Source: a virus (taxonomy: Duplodnaviria > Caudoviricetes). Taken from it: DNA of 64,000 bases. This document shows positions 18,510 through 27,533 of this stretch, in pieces. Each line of letters starts with the position of its first letter. Position 1 is the first letter of the stretch. The DNA is taken from IMG/VR virus record IMGVR_UViG_3300048691_000224. One strand, written 5' to 3'. The translations under genes and the position numbers were made by a program. The notes below the pieces were generated by a model. The model ran no database searches. It saw only the letters and a list, made by a program, of their open reading frames with translations, and was not told the DNA's origin.

Positions 18510-20060
18510 ATGCACACCGCTTTTCGTCAGGGTATTATCTTATCGCCCTATGATACCAATAAACACCCGACATTTCTTCGAGTAGTCAAAAATACCGCGT
18601 TTCCGGGTCGATACGACGTTGATTTGATCGGTGAATATTCACTACCTGTAATCACAACGCTTGCTTTTGGTCAGAGTGAGGTACTACTCAATGTAGACAC
18701 TGTACAGAAAAGTATTTGCTCCTTCGGAACACCGACTGCCCCAATTGGAGTGCGTTACTGGATATACCAACAATATGATATTGTAACAAAAACAATATCT
18801 TACTCATCTTCACAGTACGAGCCTGTATATGACGTCACCGCCCCGTCCGCATTGAGTGGTCAGCTGTGGTTTAATACATCAACCAACATCATGTATCGTT
18901 GGTCTGGAATTAGTTGGTCACCTATTGTTGCAGTTGTGTTGGGTTCTTTTGAACCGAATACTAGCGTGATTACCCAAGCATTTGGTAGTAGCGCTGGCTT
19001 GACTTACACCCACAATACTCTGAGTACTGTCAAATTATATCTTGACACAAACACACTCCGTGATGATTCAGTGTTGATGGACTCACTACAACACGAGTAC
19101 TATCCTATCGAGTCGCTGTATGTCGATCCAAACTTCAACCACAAACACAATATTCTGATATCAGGTACTGCGATAGTTGCGTGTAGTGCATTTACGTACG
19201 TTCGTGTTGACACAGATGGTAGAATGTCCCCAGCTAGCTATAGTGATATTGGTGCTTACCAAGTTGGTATCATTACCGAAGACGTAGCGATTAGTCAGAC
19301 AACAAATGTGATTATTTTCGGTCTGGTTAGCAATCCTAGTTGGAACTTCGCAGCCGCGGGTGCATCACTCTGGGTATCCTCAGCAGGTGCTATCACAACA
19401 AGTGACCCAGCTCAGCTCCCACTCAAAAACGCCATCGGCAAAACAGCAAGCCGTACTTCCATAGTACTTGGGAGCACAAGTGGTTCTGCAATTCAAGCAA
19501 CTAGTAGTGGAAGTAGTGGTGGAACAACACCATCCCCAGTAATTGCTGCGAATGTAACTTCGACTATCAATTTACCGATTGCAAATGGTGCAGATTCGAT
19601 TGCACTTGGAATCGGTGCTACAACCAACAGCCAAGGATCAATTGCTCAAGCTAGTGGTGTGTTCACAGGGATGGGTGATGCACAAGCTGTGAGTTATGTT
19701 GTACGGAATGTCACAACAAACGCCACTCCTCAAACACTTTATCTAGATGGGGTATCGGAAGCAATGTTAATTGCTGATGGTACCACTCTCGTATTCGAGG
19801 GCCTCGTCGTTGGAAGAAGCCAGACAAGTACTGATGCTGCAGGTTTCAGTATATCCGGATTGGTAACGAAACAATCTGGAGCAAATACACTCGAGTTTGT
19901 TGGAACGCCCAGCATTTCAGTAATCTCACGTAGTAATGCTGTATGGGATGTTTTGTTGAGTGTTAATACATTCTCTGGTGCCCTACAAATCAAAGCTAGA
20001 GGAGTATCAGGAGAGACTATCCACTGGGTAGCGAATGTTAAGACTGCAGAAGTCAAGTAA
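18510..20060 (+). CDS. virion tail/baseplate-fibre protein
   Basis: GQLWFNTSTN...W motif; Ser/Gly linker; C-terminal domain homologous to that of ORF 20116. Confidence 0.7.
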   Translation: MHTAFRQGIILSPYDTNKHPTFLRVVKNTAFPGRYDVDLIGEYSLPVITTLAFGQSEVLLNVDTVQKSICSFGTPTAPIGVRYWIYQQYDIVTKTISYSSSQYEPVYDVTAPSALSGQLWFNTSTNIMYRWSGISWSPIVAVVLGSFEPNTSVITQAFGSSAGLTYTHNTLSTVKLYLDTNTLRDDSVLMDSLQHEYYPIESLYVDPNFNHKHNILISGTAIVACSAFTYVRVDTDGRMSPASYSDIGAYQVGIITEDVAISQTTNVIIFGLVSNPSWNFAAAGASLWVSSAGAITTSDPAQLPLKNAIGKTASRTSIVLGSTSGSAIQATSSGSSGGTTPSPVIAANVTSTINLPIANGADSIALGIGATTNSQGSIAQASGVFTGMGDAQAVSYVVRNVTTNATPQTLYLDGVSEAMLIADGTTLVFEGLVVGRSQTSTDAAGFSISGLVTKQSGANTLEFVGTPSISVISRSNAVWDVLLSVNTFSGALQIKARGVSGETIHWVANVKTAEVK

Positions 20061-20067
20061 AGCGTGC

Positions 20068-20073
20068 TAAATA
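20068..20073 (+). promoter_or_regulatory. late promoter core TAAATA
   Basis: Precedes ORF 20116. Confidence 0.6.
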
Positions 20074-20115
20074 AACAGCATTTAATTTTTATCAACCCCA
20101 AAGAGAACCGCAATT

Positions 20116-22677
20116 ATGAATTTCGATTATGATTTAGAACAAATTACGCCCAAGAACACGGACAGCTTGCTAATTGCAGCAACTGGTGCCTTTGGCATAC
20201 CAGCAGGTACCACTGCTCAACGCCCTGTAGCTCCACCCGCTGGTTCTATTCGCTTCAATACGGATACCCAACTGTTTGAAGAGTTTGATACTGTTTGGCG
20301 CAATATAGGTACAGTAACATCTGTAGCTACAACTGCTCCTGTAGCAGGTTTGACCATCTCTGGTGGTACAATTACTGAAGCAGGCACATTGACTTTTGCA
20401 CTCGCTAATGACTTGGCTGCTGTTGAAGGTTTGGCTACTACAGGTCTTGCAGTACGCACAGATGCTGATACATGGGCAACACGCACCGTTACAGGAACAG
20501 CAGGTAATGTTACTATCACCAATGGTGATGGTATCGCTGGCAATCCCACAATTGACTTAGCTGCACTGGGTACACCTGTGACCGCTTCGATGGTCAAGGT
20601 TACTACTGATGCATACGGTCGCGTTACTGCAACAACTCCTGTAACACAAAGTGATATCTCGAGTTCACTCGGATTCACTCCTGTAAACATCGCAGGTGAT
20701 ACAATGACCGGACCATTGGTCTTGTCTGCAGATGCTGTGTCTGGACTCCAAGCCGCGACGCTACAACAAGTTCAAAGTTTGGTTAGTTCAGCTGTCAATA
20801 ACCGCGACGATAAACAATCAGTTCGTGTCGCATCATCGACCAACATCACACTGACTGCACCAGGTGCAACAATTGATGGTATTACAATGGCAACTGGCGA
20901 GCGCTTCTTGGCACTCGGACAAACCAACGGTGCACAGAATGGTATCTACGTATACAACGGTGCACTGACTGCTGCAACTCGTGCCTCAGACGCAGACACA
21001 TCAGCTGAAGTTACAGCTGGTTTGACAACATTCGTATCTGAAGGTACTTCTGCTGGTTCTAGCTACTCTATCATTGGTACAGATCCAATCGTCCTTGATA
21101 CTACATCACTGACGTTTGCTCAGACAGGATCATCTACTCCTTATACCGGTGCAAATGGCGTTTCTGTATCTGGTACAGTGATTGAGACAGAAGCATCTAG
21201 CTCACTTCGCTCGTTGCACACTCTTGCTACCAACGGCATGCTGGCGCAAACCGCCGCCGGTACTGTTGCAGCTCGCACAATCTCTGGTCCATCTTCAGGT
21301 GTGACAGTTGCAAATGGTGATGGTGTTGCTGGTAACCCTACAATTTCATTGGCCAATGACTTGGCTGCTGTTGAAGGTTTAACTACTACTGGTGTTGCTG
21401 TTCGTACTGGCGTCGATACGTGGACAACACGTACAACACAAGGCACTGCAAGTCAAGTTACTGTCGCAAATGGTGACGGCGTATCTGGCGATCCTACAAT
21501 TTCACTAGCAAGTGATGTTGTTTTACCTGGCACAATCGGTGTGACATTACCTTCAGGTACCAATGCACAAGAAACCGGTACGACAGATGGTCAAGTTCGT
21601 TACAACACAACAACAAACCGTGCGCGCATTCGCCAAGGTGGTGTGTGGGCAGATGTTGGTACAGGTGATGGTTCTGTAACTAGTGTTGCTGTTACTGGAT
21701 CTACTGGCTTGGATGTAACAGGCGGTCCAGTAACTTCTGCTGGAACATTTGGTCTGACTCTCGGTGCAGAACTGCAAGCACTCAGTGCACTCAGCGCAGA
21801 CGGTATTGTAGTTCGTAATGGTGCAGCATATGCATCTCGAGCACTCAACGCCGGAACAGGTATTTCGATTACCAACGCAAACGGCACAGGTGGTAACCCC
21901 GTAATTTCAAATACTGGTGTTACATCAGTCGCATTAGAGTTACCAACCATGTTCGTTGTGACAGGATCACCTGTGACAACAACTGGTACACTGACTGCTG
22001 AACTGAGCACTCAAGCCGCGGCTACGGTATTCGCTGGCCCCACATCAGGTGGATCAGCCACTCCAACATTCCGCGCCCTTGCAGTCGCTGATTTGCCGAT
22101 CGCATTGTACCGCGAGAATCCAAACGGTAGTGTTGTAACTCCAATTGCAACTGGTACCAACTCTTATGCACAAGGATCAGGATCCAAGGCTACTGGATTA
22201 AACACTGTCGCAACAGGCGCTGGAACAGATGCTCGTTTGCCTGGTGGTAATGTGTACGCAAACGGTGCCTTCACATCAGCTGGTGATGCACAGATTGGTC
22301 AGTATGTGATGCGCAATATCACAACCGACGACACGGCATCTGAGCTGTTCTTGGATGGAGTTGCCGCACAGTTTGTACTCCAAGACAATAGTGCCGTGAC
22401 ATTTGAGTTGACAATGACAGCCCTGCGCACTGATGCTTCAGGTGGTGCGGCTTCATACATGTTTGTTGGTGGCATCCGTAGAGATACAGGCGCAGCTTCA
22501 ACAACAATCACAGGATCTGTGTCCAAGGTGATTGTTGCTGAGACAAACGCACAGTGGGGATGTGACGTAGTTGCAGATACCACAACTGGTGCACTCAAAG
22601 TTGTGGTCACGGGCCAGGCCGCGAAGACTATTCGTTGGGTGGCGCGTCTGGATACTGTAGAAGTGCTTAAAGCTTAA
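20116..22677 (+). CDS. repetitive tail fibre protein
   Basis: Gly/Thr/Ala-rich; repeated TSVA..., LANDLAAVEGL.TTG.AVRT..DTW.TRT and NGDG..GNPTI units; exact 26-nt repeat at 20407-20432 and 21355-21380. Confidence 0.8.
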   Translation: MNFDYDLEQITPKNTDSLLIAATGAFGIPAGTTAQRPVAPPAGSIRFNTDTQLFEEFDTVWRNIGTVTSVATTAPVAGLTISGGTITEAGTLTFALANDLAAVEGLATTGLAVRTDADTWATRTVTGTAGNVTITNGDGIAGNPTIDLAALGTPVTASMVKVTTDAYGRVTATTPVTQSDISSSLGFTPVNIAGDTMTGPLVLSADAVSGLQAATLQQVQSLVSSAVNNRDDKQSVRVASSTNITLTAPGATIDGITMATGERFLALGQTNGAQNGIYVYNGALTAATRASDADTSAEVTAGLTTFVSEGTSAGSSYSIIGTDPIVLDTTSLTFAQTGSSTPYTGANGVSVSGTVIETEASSSLRSLHTLATNGMLAQTAAGTVAARTISGPSSGVTVANGDGVAGNPTISLANDLAAVEGLTTTGVAVRTGVDTWTTRTTQGTASQVTVANGDGVSGDPTISLASDVVLPGTIGVTLPSGTNAQETGTTDGQVRYNTTTNRARIRQGGVWADVGTGDGSVTSVAVTGSTGLDVTGGPVTSAGTFGLTLGAELQALSALSADGIVVRNGAAYASRALNAGTGISITNANGTGGNPVISNTGVTSVALELPTMFVVTGSPVTTTGTLTAELSTQAAATVFAGPTSGGSATPTFRALAVADLPIALYRENPNGSVVTPIATGTNSYAQGSGSKATGLNTVATGAGTDARLPGGNVYANGAFTSAGDAQIGQYVMRNITTDDTASELFLDGVAAQFVLQDNSAVTFELTMTALRTDASGGAASYMFVGGIRRDTGAASTTITGSVSKVIVAETNAQWGCDVVADTTTGALKVVVTGQAAKTIRWVARLDTVEVLKA

Positions 22678-22696
22678 TAGCTAGTATTCTGATGAG

Positions 22697-22725
22697 AAAA
22701 AAGGGTCCTACGAGGACCCTTTTTT
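22697..22725. terminator. intrinsic terminator
   Basis: AAAAAAGGGTCC-TACGA-GGACCCTTTTTT. Confidence 0.85.
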
Positions 22726-22751
22726 ATTGGGGAGTCGGGGGTGGCGCTGTG

Positions 22752-22759
22752 TATAAATA
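22752..22759 (+). promoter_or_regulatory. full T4 late promoter TATAAATA
   Basis: Exact T4 gp55 consensus upstream of ORF 22802. Confidence 0.7.
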
Positions 22760-22801
22760 CAATATTGATACCGCACAACAAGCCCGAGAGTACCCACAAC
22801 T

Positions 22802-25645
22802 ATGGATTTCGATCACAGTATAGATAAAATAAGCCCCAGCACGTCAGAGAATATTATTGAATTTGGTGGCGAAGGTATCATTTTGCCTGTTGGACCAGAT
22901 AGTGGGCGACCACCAAATTCTCCTGGCCTTATCCGATACAACACCACACGTGATGTATTAGAATTTAATAATGGTAGTGGGTGGAGTAGCTTTGGGCAGA
23001 CATATGACCAGCTCGTCACAGGATCTTCCGTATTAATTTCTAAATTCATCCCCGAAGGAATTTGGAACGCGATTGTCGCAGGAACCAACACCACACCAGT
23101 CGGTACCTATATCCAGGCAGCACTCACTTCATGTGCCATATCACATGCAACCCTGATTTTCTCACCATACACCTATCTTATTGAAATCGGGTTGGAGTAT
23201 GACTATGGTAGTCACTCAATTATTGGTAACGGGGCTAAACTAGATTTTTCAAATACCAATCCAGGAGTCACAATTGCATTCAGTATAGTAACGCCACACA
23301 ATTACTATCCTCTATGGGATTCTGCAATCCACAGCTTGCATGGCCTCAACATTAAAGGTTATAACTATGGGGCCGTCCGCCCCATTGGTCTCACTGGAGT
23401 ACAGTTTGGCGTCGGCCTTGCTGATACCGGAGCGCATGCTGCAATGCAAAACTGCTCAGTGTCGGGGTTCGATACTCTGATCAATTTCGGACACCACTCT
23501 TACGTACAAAAAATTGACTCATGTGCACTCCATAATGGAAACATTGCCGTGTTGTACAGTGGAATATCACTTGAAGATTCGGGTGAACGGATTGGCTTCA
23601 CAAACTGTGTTATATTCAATAGTAATACTCTCGTGAAGGCTATTTCGGGTAATATATCACTCAGCAATTGTTCATTCGATTATTTCACTGAAGAAGCTAT
23701 TGTTGCTGAGTATGGTGGGTCTGTGTACGTCACTGATTCGCACGTAGAAAGTATCAACAACCCTAACTTGAAGCCGTGGTTCGTCGCACAAGATTCGAAC
23801 TCCAGAATCTGTTTCAGTAACACAATTATTGTTGTGAATGAACCGGTAAGTGTATACATGGGAATTGCTGATGATTCTGTAAACGGATCAGACACAGGAT
23901 CGGCTGATGCTGGTATATTCTTAGTTAACACTCACATTTCATTCACACCAACTGGTGAGTATACACTACAAACCTTATTTAAAGGTGCTGTATACATATC
24001 TAACATGTCAACTTTTGACGGTGGACGATATTCTCCTTCTAACAAGCGTGTTCACGTCCATGTTGATAGGAATAACCTGCTCGCTAATGGATCATTTGAG
24101 AGTTCCATAGCTCTGGCTGAGTGGATATCAAGTACAGGATCCACGTATAATGCCCCCATTATATCAACAAACTTGCCTGCGACTGGTACCAAGTCACTGA
24201 GACTTCAAGCTTCAGATGGTGTATCAACAACATCTAGTAAGATTTACAAATCTTTCTTGGCATCTCCTGGTGCAAAACCTACAATTGGATTCAAGGCAAG
24301 AGGGTCCATTCCAGTTGGTAGTAATTTGGTAGTCACAGTAGGATATGCAACTGCTTCTGGATTTGATTCTTCTGTAGCATCACGTACGTTTGTCTATAAC
24401 TACACAGCCACGGAAGTATCATCGTCAAGTTGGAGTTTGGAGAGTATTCGCCCATATTCTCGTGCACCTATAGGAACATCTCGCGTATATGTATCTTTCG
24501 AAGCTACAGTAGAGGCTGATGTGTACATCGATGATGTTATATTCGAAGTATTAGACAATAGTCCGACTACGATGGATTTGTCAGACGTCTCTATAAACTC
24601 TCTGAAGGATGTTGATACAATTAGTGTACCACCGACTACAGGTCAGGCGTTGTTGTATAATTCTACATCAGGAATCTGGGCTCCAGGTACAGTATCAGGT
24701 GGGGGCGGTGGAGGTGGATTATCTGCATCTGCAGCGGAAGTTATTACAGGGCGCTGGGAATTTGTCAACGGTGGGCGATTAGCACGGTTTGACTTCTCTG
24801 GTGGTGATATCACCGACAAGGTACTTGCGGCTGATGGTGGCATAACATTCAACTACTCTTCTTCATATTCAGGTGTAGATCCATTTCCATACTACCGAGA
24901 TTTTACAGTTTTCAATGGTAAGGGTCTAGCAGCGATGAAGATCTTTGGTGCAACCCGAACTGCACTATTTTACTCTAAGATACAATTTGGAAATTTGACT
25001 GCGGGTGCAAATCAGATTGGATTTACTGGTGGTGAGGGCGATCCGGGTGACACCGCTGAGATTGCGATCAACTACAACTCAGGATATGACGCTACCACGA
25101 ACGTTTACGACTTCCCGTATTATAGATCGTTCCACATATTCGACGGCAAAGGTGGTAGCTTACTAAAATGCACAGGCCTTGGACGGAGAATTGACTTCAA
25201 TACTGACAATGTGTACTTGTCAGGGATACTGCACTTCAAGGGCTATCAAACATTCGATACTCAAATCTATTGCAACTCAACCGCGCAGCGTTACATCACA
25301 ATTCCTGACTCGTCTGGAACTCTTGCAACACAAGAATGGGTCACACCTCAACTCACTGCGATATCTAATTCAGTTAACACTGTTGCTGTAAGATACACTA
25401 CTGCAGATTACAGTGCACTAACAACTGATAATACACTACTCGTTGACGTAGCGATTGGGCAAACTATCACACTGCCTGCTGCTAATGCAAACACAGGAAA
25501 GTTGTATAGAATATCAAATGTTGGTGCTAATGCGGTAACACTGACTGCAACTCAGGGCTCTATCCAATGGGGAGCAAGTCAGTCTGTTGGACCTCAAGTA
25601 CAGAGAGTTGTGGTCAGTGACGGCAACAACTGGTTTTGGTGTTAA
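22802..25645 (+). CDS. tailspike / receptor-binding protein (beta-helix plus carbohydrate-binding-like domain)
   Basis: Shared N-terminal adaptor; pectin-lyase-like N.../D... ladders; NLLANGSFE...W CBM-like start; YTALTTDNTLLVD...ITLP terminal module. Confidence 0.75.
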   Translation: MDFDHSIDKISPSTSENIIEFGGEGIILPVGPDSGRPPNSPGLIRYNTTRDVLEFNNGSGWSSFGQTYDQLVTGSSVLISKFIPEGIWNAIVAGTNTTPVGTYIQAALTSCAISHATLIFSPYTYLIEIGLEYDYGSHSIIGNGAKLDFSNTNPGVTIAFSIVTPHNYYPLWDSAIHSLHGLNIKGYNYGAVRPIGLTGVQFGVGLADTGAHAAMQNCSVSGFDTLINFGHHSYVQKIDSCALHNGNIAVLYSGISLEDSGERIGFTNCVIFNSNTLVKAISGNISLSNCSFDYFTEEAIVAEYGGSVYVTDSHVESINNPNLKPWFVAQDSNSRICFSNTIIVVNEPVSVYMGIADDSVNGSDTGSADAGIFLVNTHISFTPTGEYTLQTLFKGAVYISNMSTFDGGRYSPSNKRVHVHVDRNNLLANGSFESSIALAEWISSTGSTYNAPIISTNLPATGTKSLRLQASDGVSTTSSKIYKSFLASPGAKPTIGFKARGSIPVGSNLVVTVGYATASGFDSSVASRTFVYNYTATEVSSSSWSLESIRPYSRAPIGTSRVYVSFEATVEADVYIDDVIFEVLDNSPTTMDLSDVSINSLKDVDTISVPPTTGQALLYNSTSGIWAPGTVSGGGGGGGLSASAAEVITGRWEFVNGGRLARFDFSGGDITDKVLAADGGITFNYSSSYSGVDPFPYYRDFTVFNGKGLAAMKIFGATRTALFYSKIQFGNLTAGANQIGFTGGEGDPGDTAEIAINYNSGYDATTNVYDFPYYRSFHIFDGKGGSLLKCTGLGRRIDFNTDNVYLSGILHFKGYQTFDTQIYCNSTAQRYITIPDSSGTLATQEWVTPQLTAISNSVNTVAVRYTTADYSALTTDNTLLVDVAIGQTITLPAANANTGKLYRISNVGANAVTLTATQGSIQWGASQSVGPQVQRVVVSDGNNWFWC

Positions 25646-25656
25646 TTCTATTACAA

Positions 25657-25662
25657 TAAATA
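25657..25662 (+). promoter_or_regulatory. late promoter core TAAATA
   Basis: Precedes ORF 25701. Confidence 0.55.
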
Positions 25663-25700
25663 TAACTCAAATTATGTATTTTGTTTAGGGAGAATAGAGA

Positions 25701-26114
25701 ATGGATATAGATCATAGCTTAGATACCATTGCACCAACAACGCCGAGTGGAGTAATAACAACAACTGGTGCTGCGGTGCGCTTGCCAGTTGGTACTACCG
25801 TACAGAGACCGGCAGCGCCTCTCAAAGGTGAGATTCGATACAACGATTCAATCGCCGCATTTGAAATATTTGATACTAAGTGGGAATCTGTTGCACGGCA
25901 ATCTGACGGACCACAGAAGAGTCCAGTGTTTAACTACAATCCTGACGGATCACTTGCGAGTATATTATACGCAAATGGTAGTACCAAGACGTTTGGTTAC
26001 AGTAGTGGTAACTTATCCCAATTAGTCCAGGTCGTCAATGGTAGTACCAAGACAAAGAACTTTAGCTATTCGGGTAACCAACGACTGCTGCAAATTGTGG
26101 AGACTGTTGTATGA
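25701..26114 (+). CDS. short tail-associated protein with shared adaptor and YD-like repeats
   Basis: N-terminus like ORFs 20116 and 22802; FNYNPDGSL...FGYSSGNL; exact 17-nt repeat at 25974-25990 and 26037-26053. Confidence 0.7.
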   Translation: MDIDHSLDTIAPTTPSGVITTTGAAVRLPVGTTVQRPAAPLKGEIRYNDSIAAFEIFDTKWESVARQSDGPQKSPVFNYNPDGSLASILYANGSTKTFGYSSGNLSQLVQVVNGSTKTKNFSYSGNQRLLQIVETVV

Positions 26115-26284
26115 ACTTAAATTTACAAAACCCAACAGAGCTTAATGAGGCTCTTTCTACGATATTCTCAAGTATGGGTGTACAAATTCGAGAAGCGATG
26201 CATGCACAAGTTCAAGTTGAAGTTAGTGCGGTATTGGAAAGATTAGCGACTCTCGAGGCCTTGCTTCGGCCACCAACCCAATAA
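26111..26284 (+). CDS. small helical protein (57 aa, not in ORF track)
   Basis: MNLNLQNPTELNEALSTIFSSMGVQIREAMHAQ...PPTQ*; ATGA overlap with the upstream stop. Confidence 0.55.
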   Translation: MNLNLQNPTELNEALSTIFSSMGVQIREAMHAQVQVEVSAVLERLATLEALLRPPTQ

Positions 26285-26287
26285 ATA
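26282..26287 (+). promoter_or_regulatory. late promoter core TAAATA
   Basis: Precedes ORF 26378. Confidence 0.55.
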
Positions 26288-26377
26288 GATTGGGGGACGG
26301 GAAAGACGTTCGATTAGGAGTTGGCGGGTGTAATAGGTATACTCGCTACATAGTTTTATTTTTAAAGGAAAACTCAC

Positions 26378-27205
26378 ATGAGTGATTTACAAACAATCTT
26401 AGAATGCGTAAGCACGCAATTTGGTATCGCAACTGGTAATGCTATCAAAGCAGAAATCAGCAATTTAGTTGGTATGCAAAATGTTGACTTGACAGCAATT
26501 AATGCTGCAATCACACAGATCAATGCTCTTTTGGATACTGATCCAGAAACAGCTGGCGTCCAGTTTAATGCTGCTTCGTTGATCGCACAGTTGACCGACT
26601 TGGGTTCACGTTTGACCACACTTGAGAATAGTGAAGTTGTTCAGAACTTGACAGTCATCATCAACCAAATCGATACTTCATTGACTGCTGAAGTTACCCG
26701 CGCTCAAGCTGCTGAAGCTGCATTGGGTGAACAAATCACCACCATCAACGGTACAATCGCCACATTGACTACTCAATTGGCTGCATTGGAAGCCTCTGGT
26801 GGTTCAGGTGGTTGTGATTGTGCACAGATCGCTAGCGATATCTCTGCTCTTCAAACAGCCGTAACAAATTTGCAAGCAACTGATGCAGGAACAGCTACTC
26901 AAGTAGCTGGGATCCAAGCTCAATTGGCAACTTTGGCATCTGATATCGCAACGGCTACAGCTGCCGCTGCTGCTGCTAGTGCTTCTGCTGCTGCTGCTCA
27001 AACAGCCGCCGCTGCAGCTTCCGCAGCTGTTGCCACATTGGCGACAGCCGTCGGTGAATTGGACACACGTGAAAACGAGCGTCACAATGGCCACGGTGGT
27101 AGACTGAATAGTATCGAAGGCAAAATGAATGCCATCGAAGCTATCGACTGTACAGCCTTGGCTGCTTTGTTCTCAGCAGGTATCACAAGCGGCTTGGCTG
27201 CTTAA
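26378..27205 (+). CDS. Ala-rich coiled-coil virion fibre protein
   Basis: Heptads (LTAEVTRAQAAEAAL), GGSGGCDC hinge, poly-Ala tract; strong RBS; own terminator. Confidence 0.7.
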   Translation: MSDLQTILECVSTQFGIATGNAIKAEISNLVGMQNVDLTAINAAITQINALLDTDPETAGVQFNAASLIAQLTDLGSRLTTLENSEVVQNLTVIINQIDTSLTAEVTRAQAAEAALGEQITTINGTIATLTTQLAALEASGGSGGCDCAQIASDISALQTAVTNLQATDAGTATQVAGIQAQLATLASDIATATAAAAAASASAAAAQTAAAAASAAVATLATAVGELDTRENERHNGHGGRLNSIEGKMNAIEAIDCTALAALFSAGITSGLAA

Positions 27206-27227
27206 TATCGACGAGATTGGTTAGTAT

Positions 27228-27254
27228 AAGAGGGGCCTTCAGGGGCCCCTTTTT
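27228..27254 (+). terminator. intrinsic terminator
   Basis: AGAGGGGCC-TTCAG-GGGCCCCT followed by a T run. Confidence 0.8.
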
Positions 27255-27298
27255 CACGTCTATTGTTGGTGTACATGATTAGAAATTAATACTCAACA

Positions 27299-27304
27299 TA
27301 AATA
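27299..27304 (+). promoter_or_regulatory. late promoter core TAAATA
   Basis: Precedes ORF 27333. Confidence 0.55.
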
Positions 27305-27332
27305 TCCCATCACCACTTACACACCCTCACCA

Positions 27333-27533
27333 ATGCAAAATTTCAATTTACCGGTGGTGTCTATCTTAGCTCGAGAAGATACCAAACAACTGCGGAAGAC
27401 TATATGTGAAGACTGCCCAAGTAAAATATCTAGGCTAAATATGGATGTATGTTCTGAGTGTGGGTGTGCTCTTCGTGCTAAACTTATCATAGCAAAATCA
27501 GCCTGTCCGCTCGGAAAGTGGGGTAAAGAATAA
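27333..27533 (+). CDS. small Cys-rich protein (DUF6171-like)
   Basis: R..IC..CP...CSECGC.L.AK....SACPLGKW. Confidence 0.7.
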   Translation: MQNFNLPVVSILAREDTKQLRKTICEDCPSKISRLNMDVCSECGCALRAKLIIAKSACPLGKWGKE

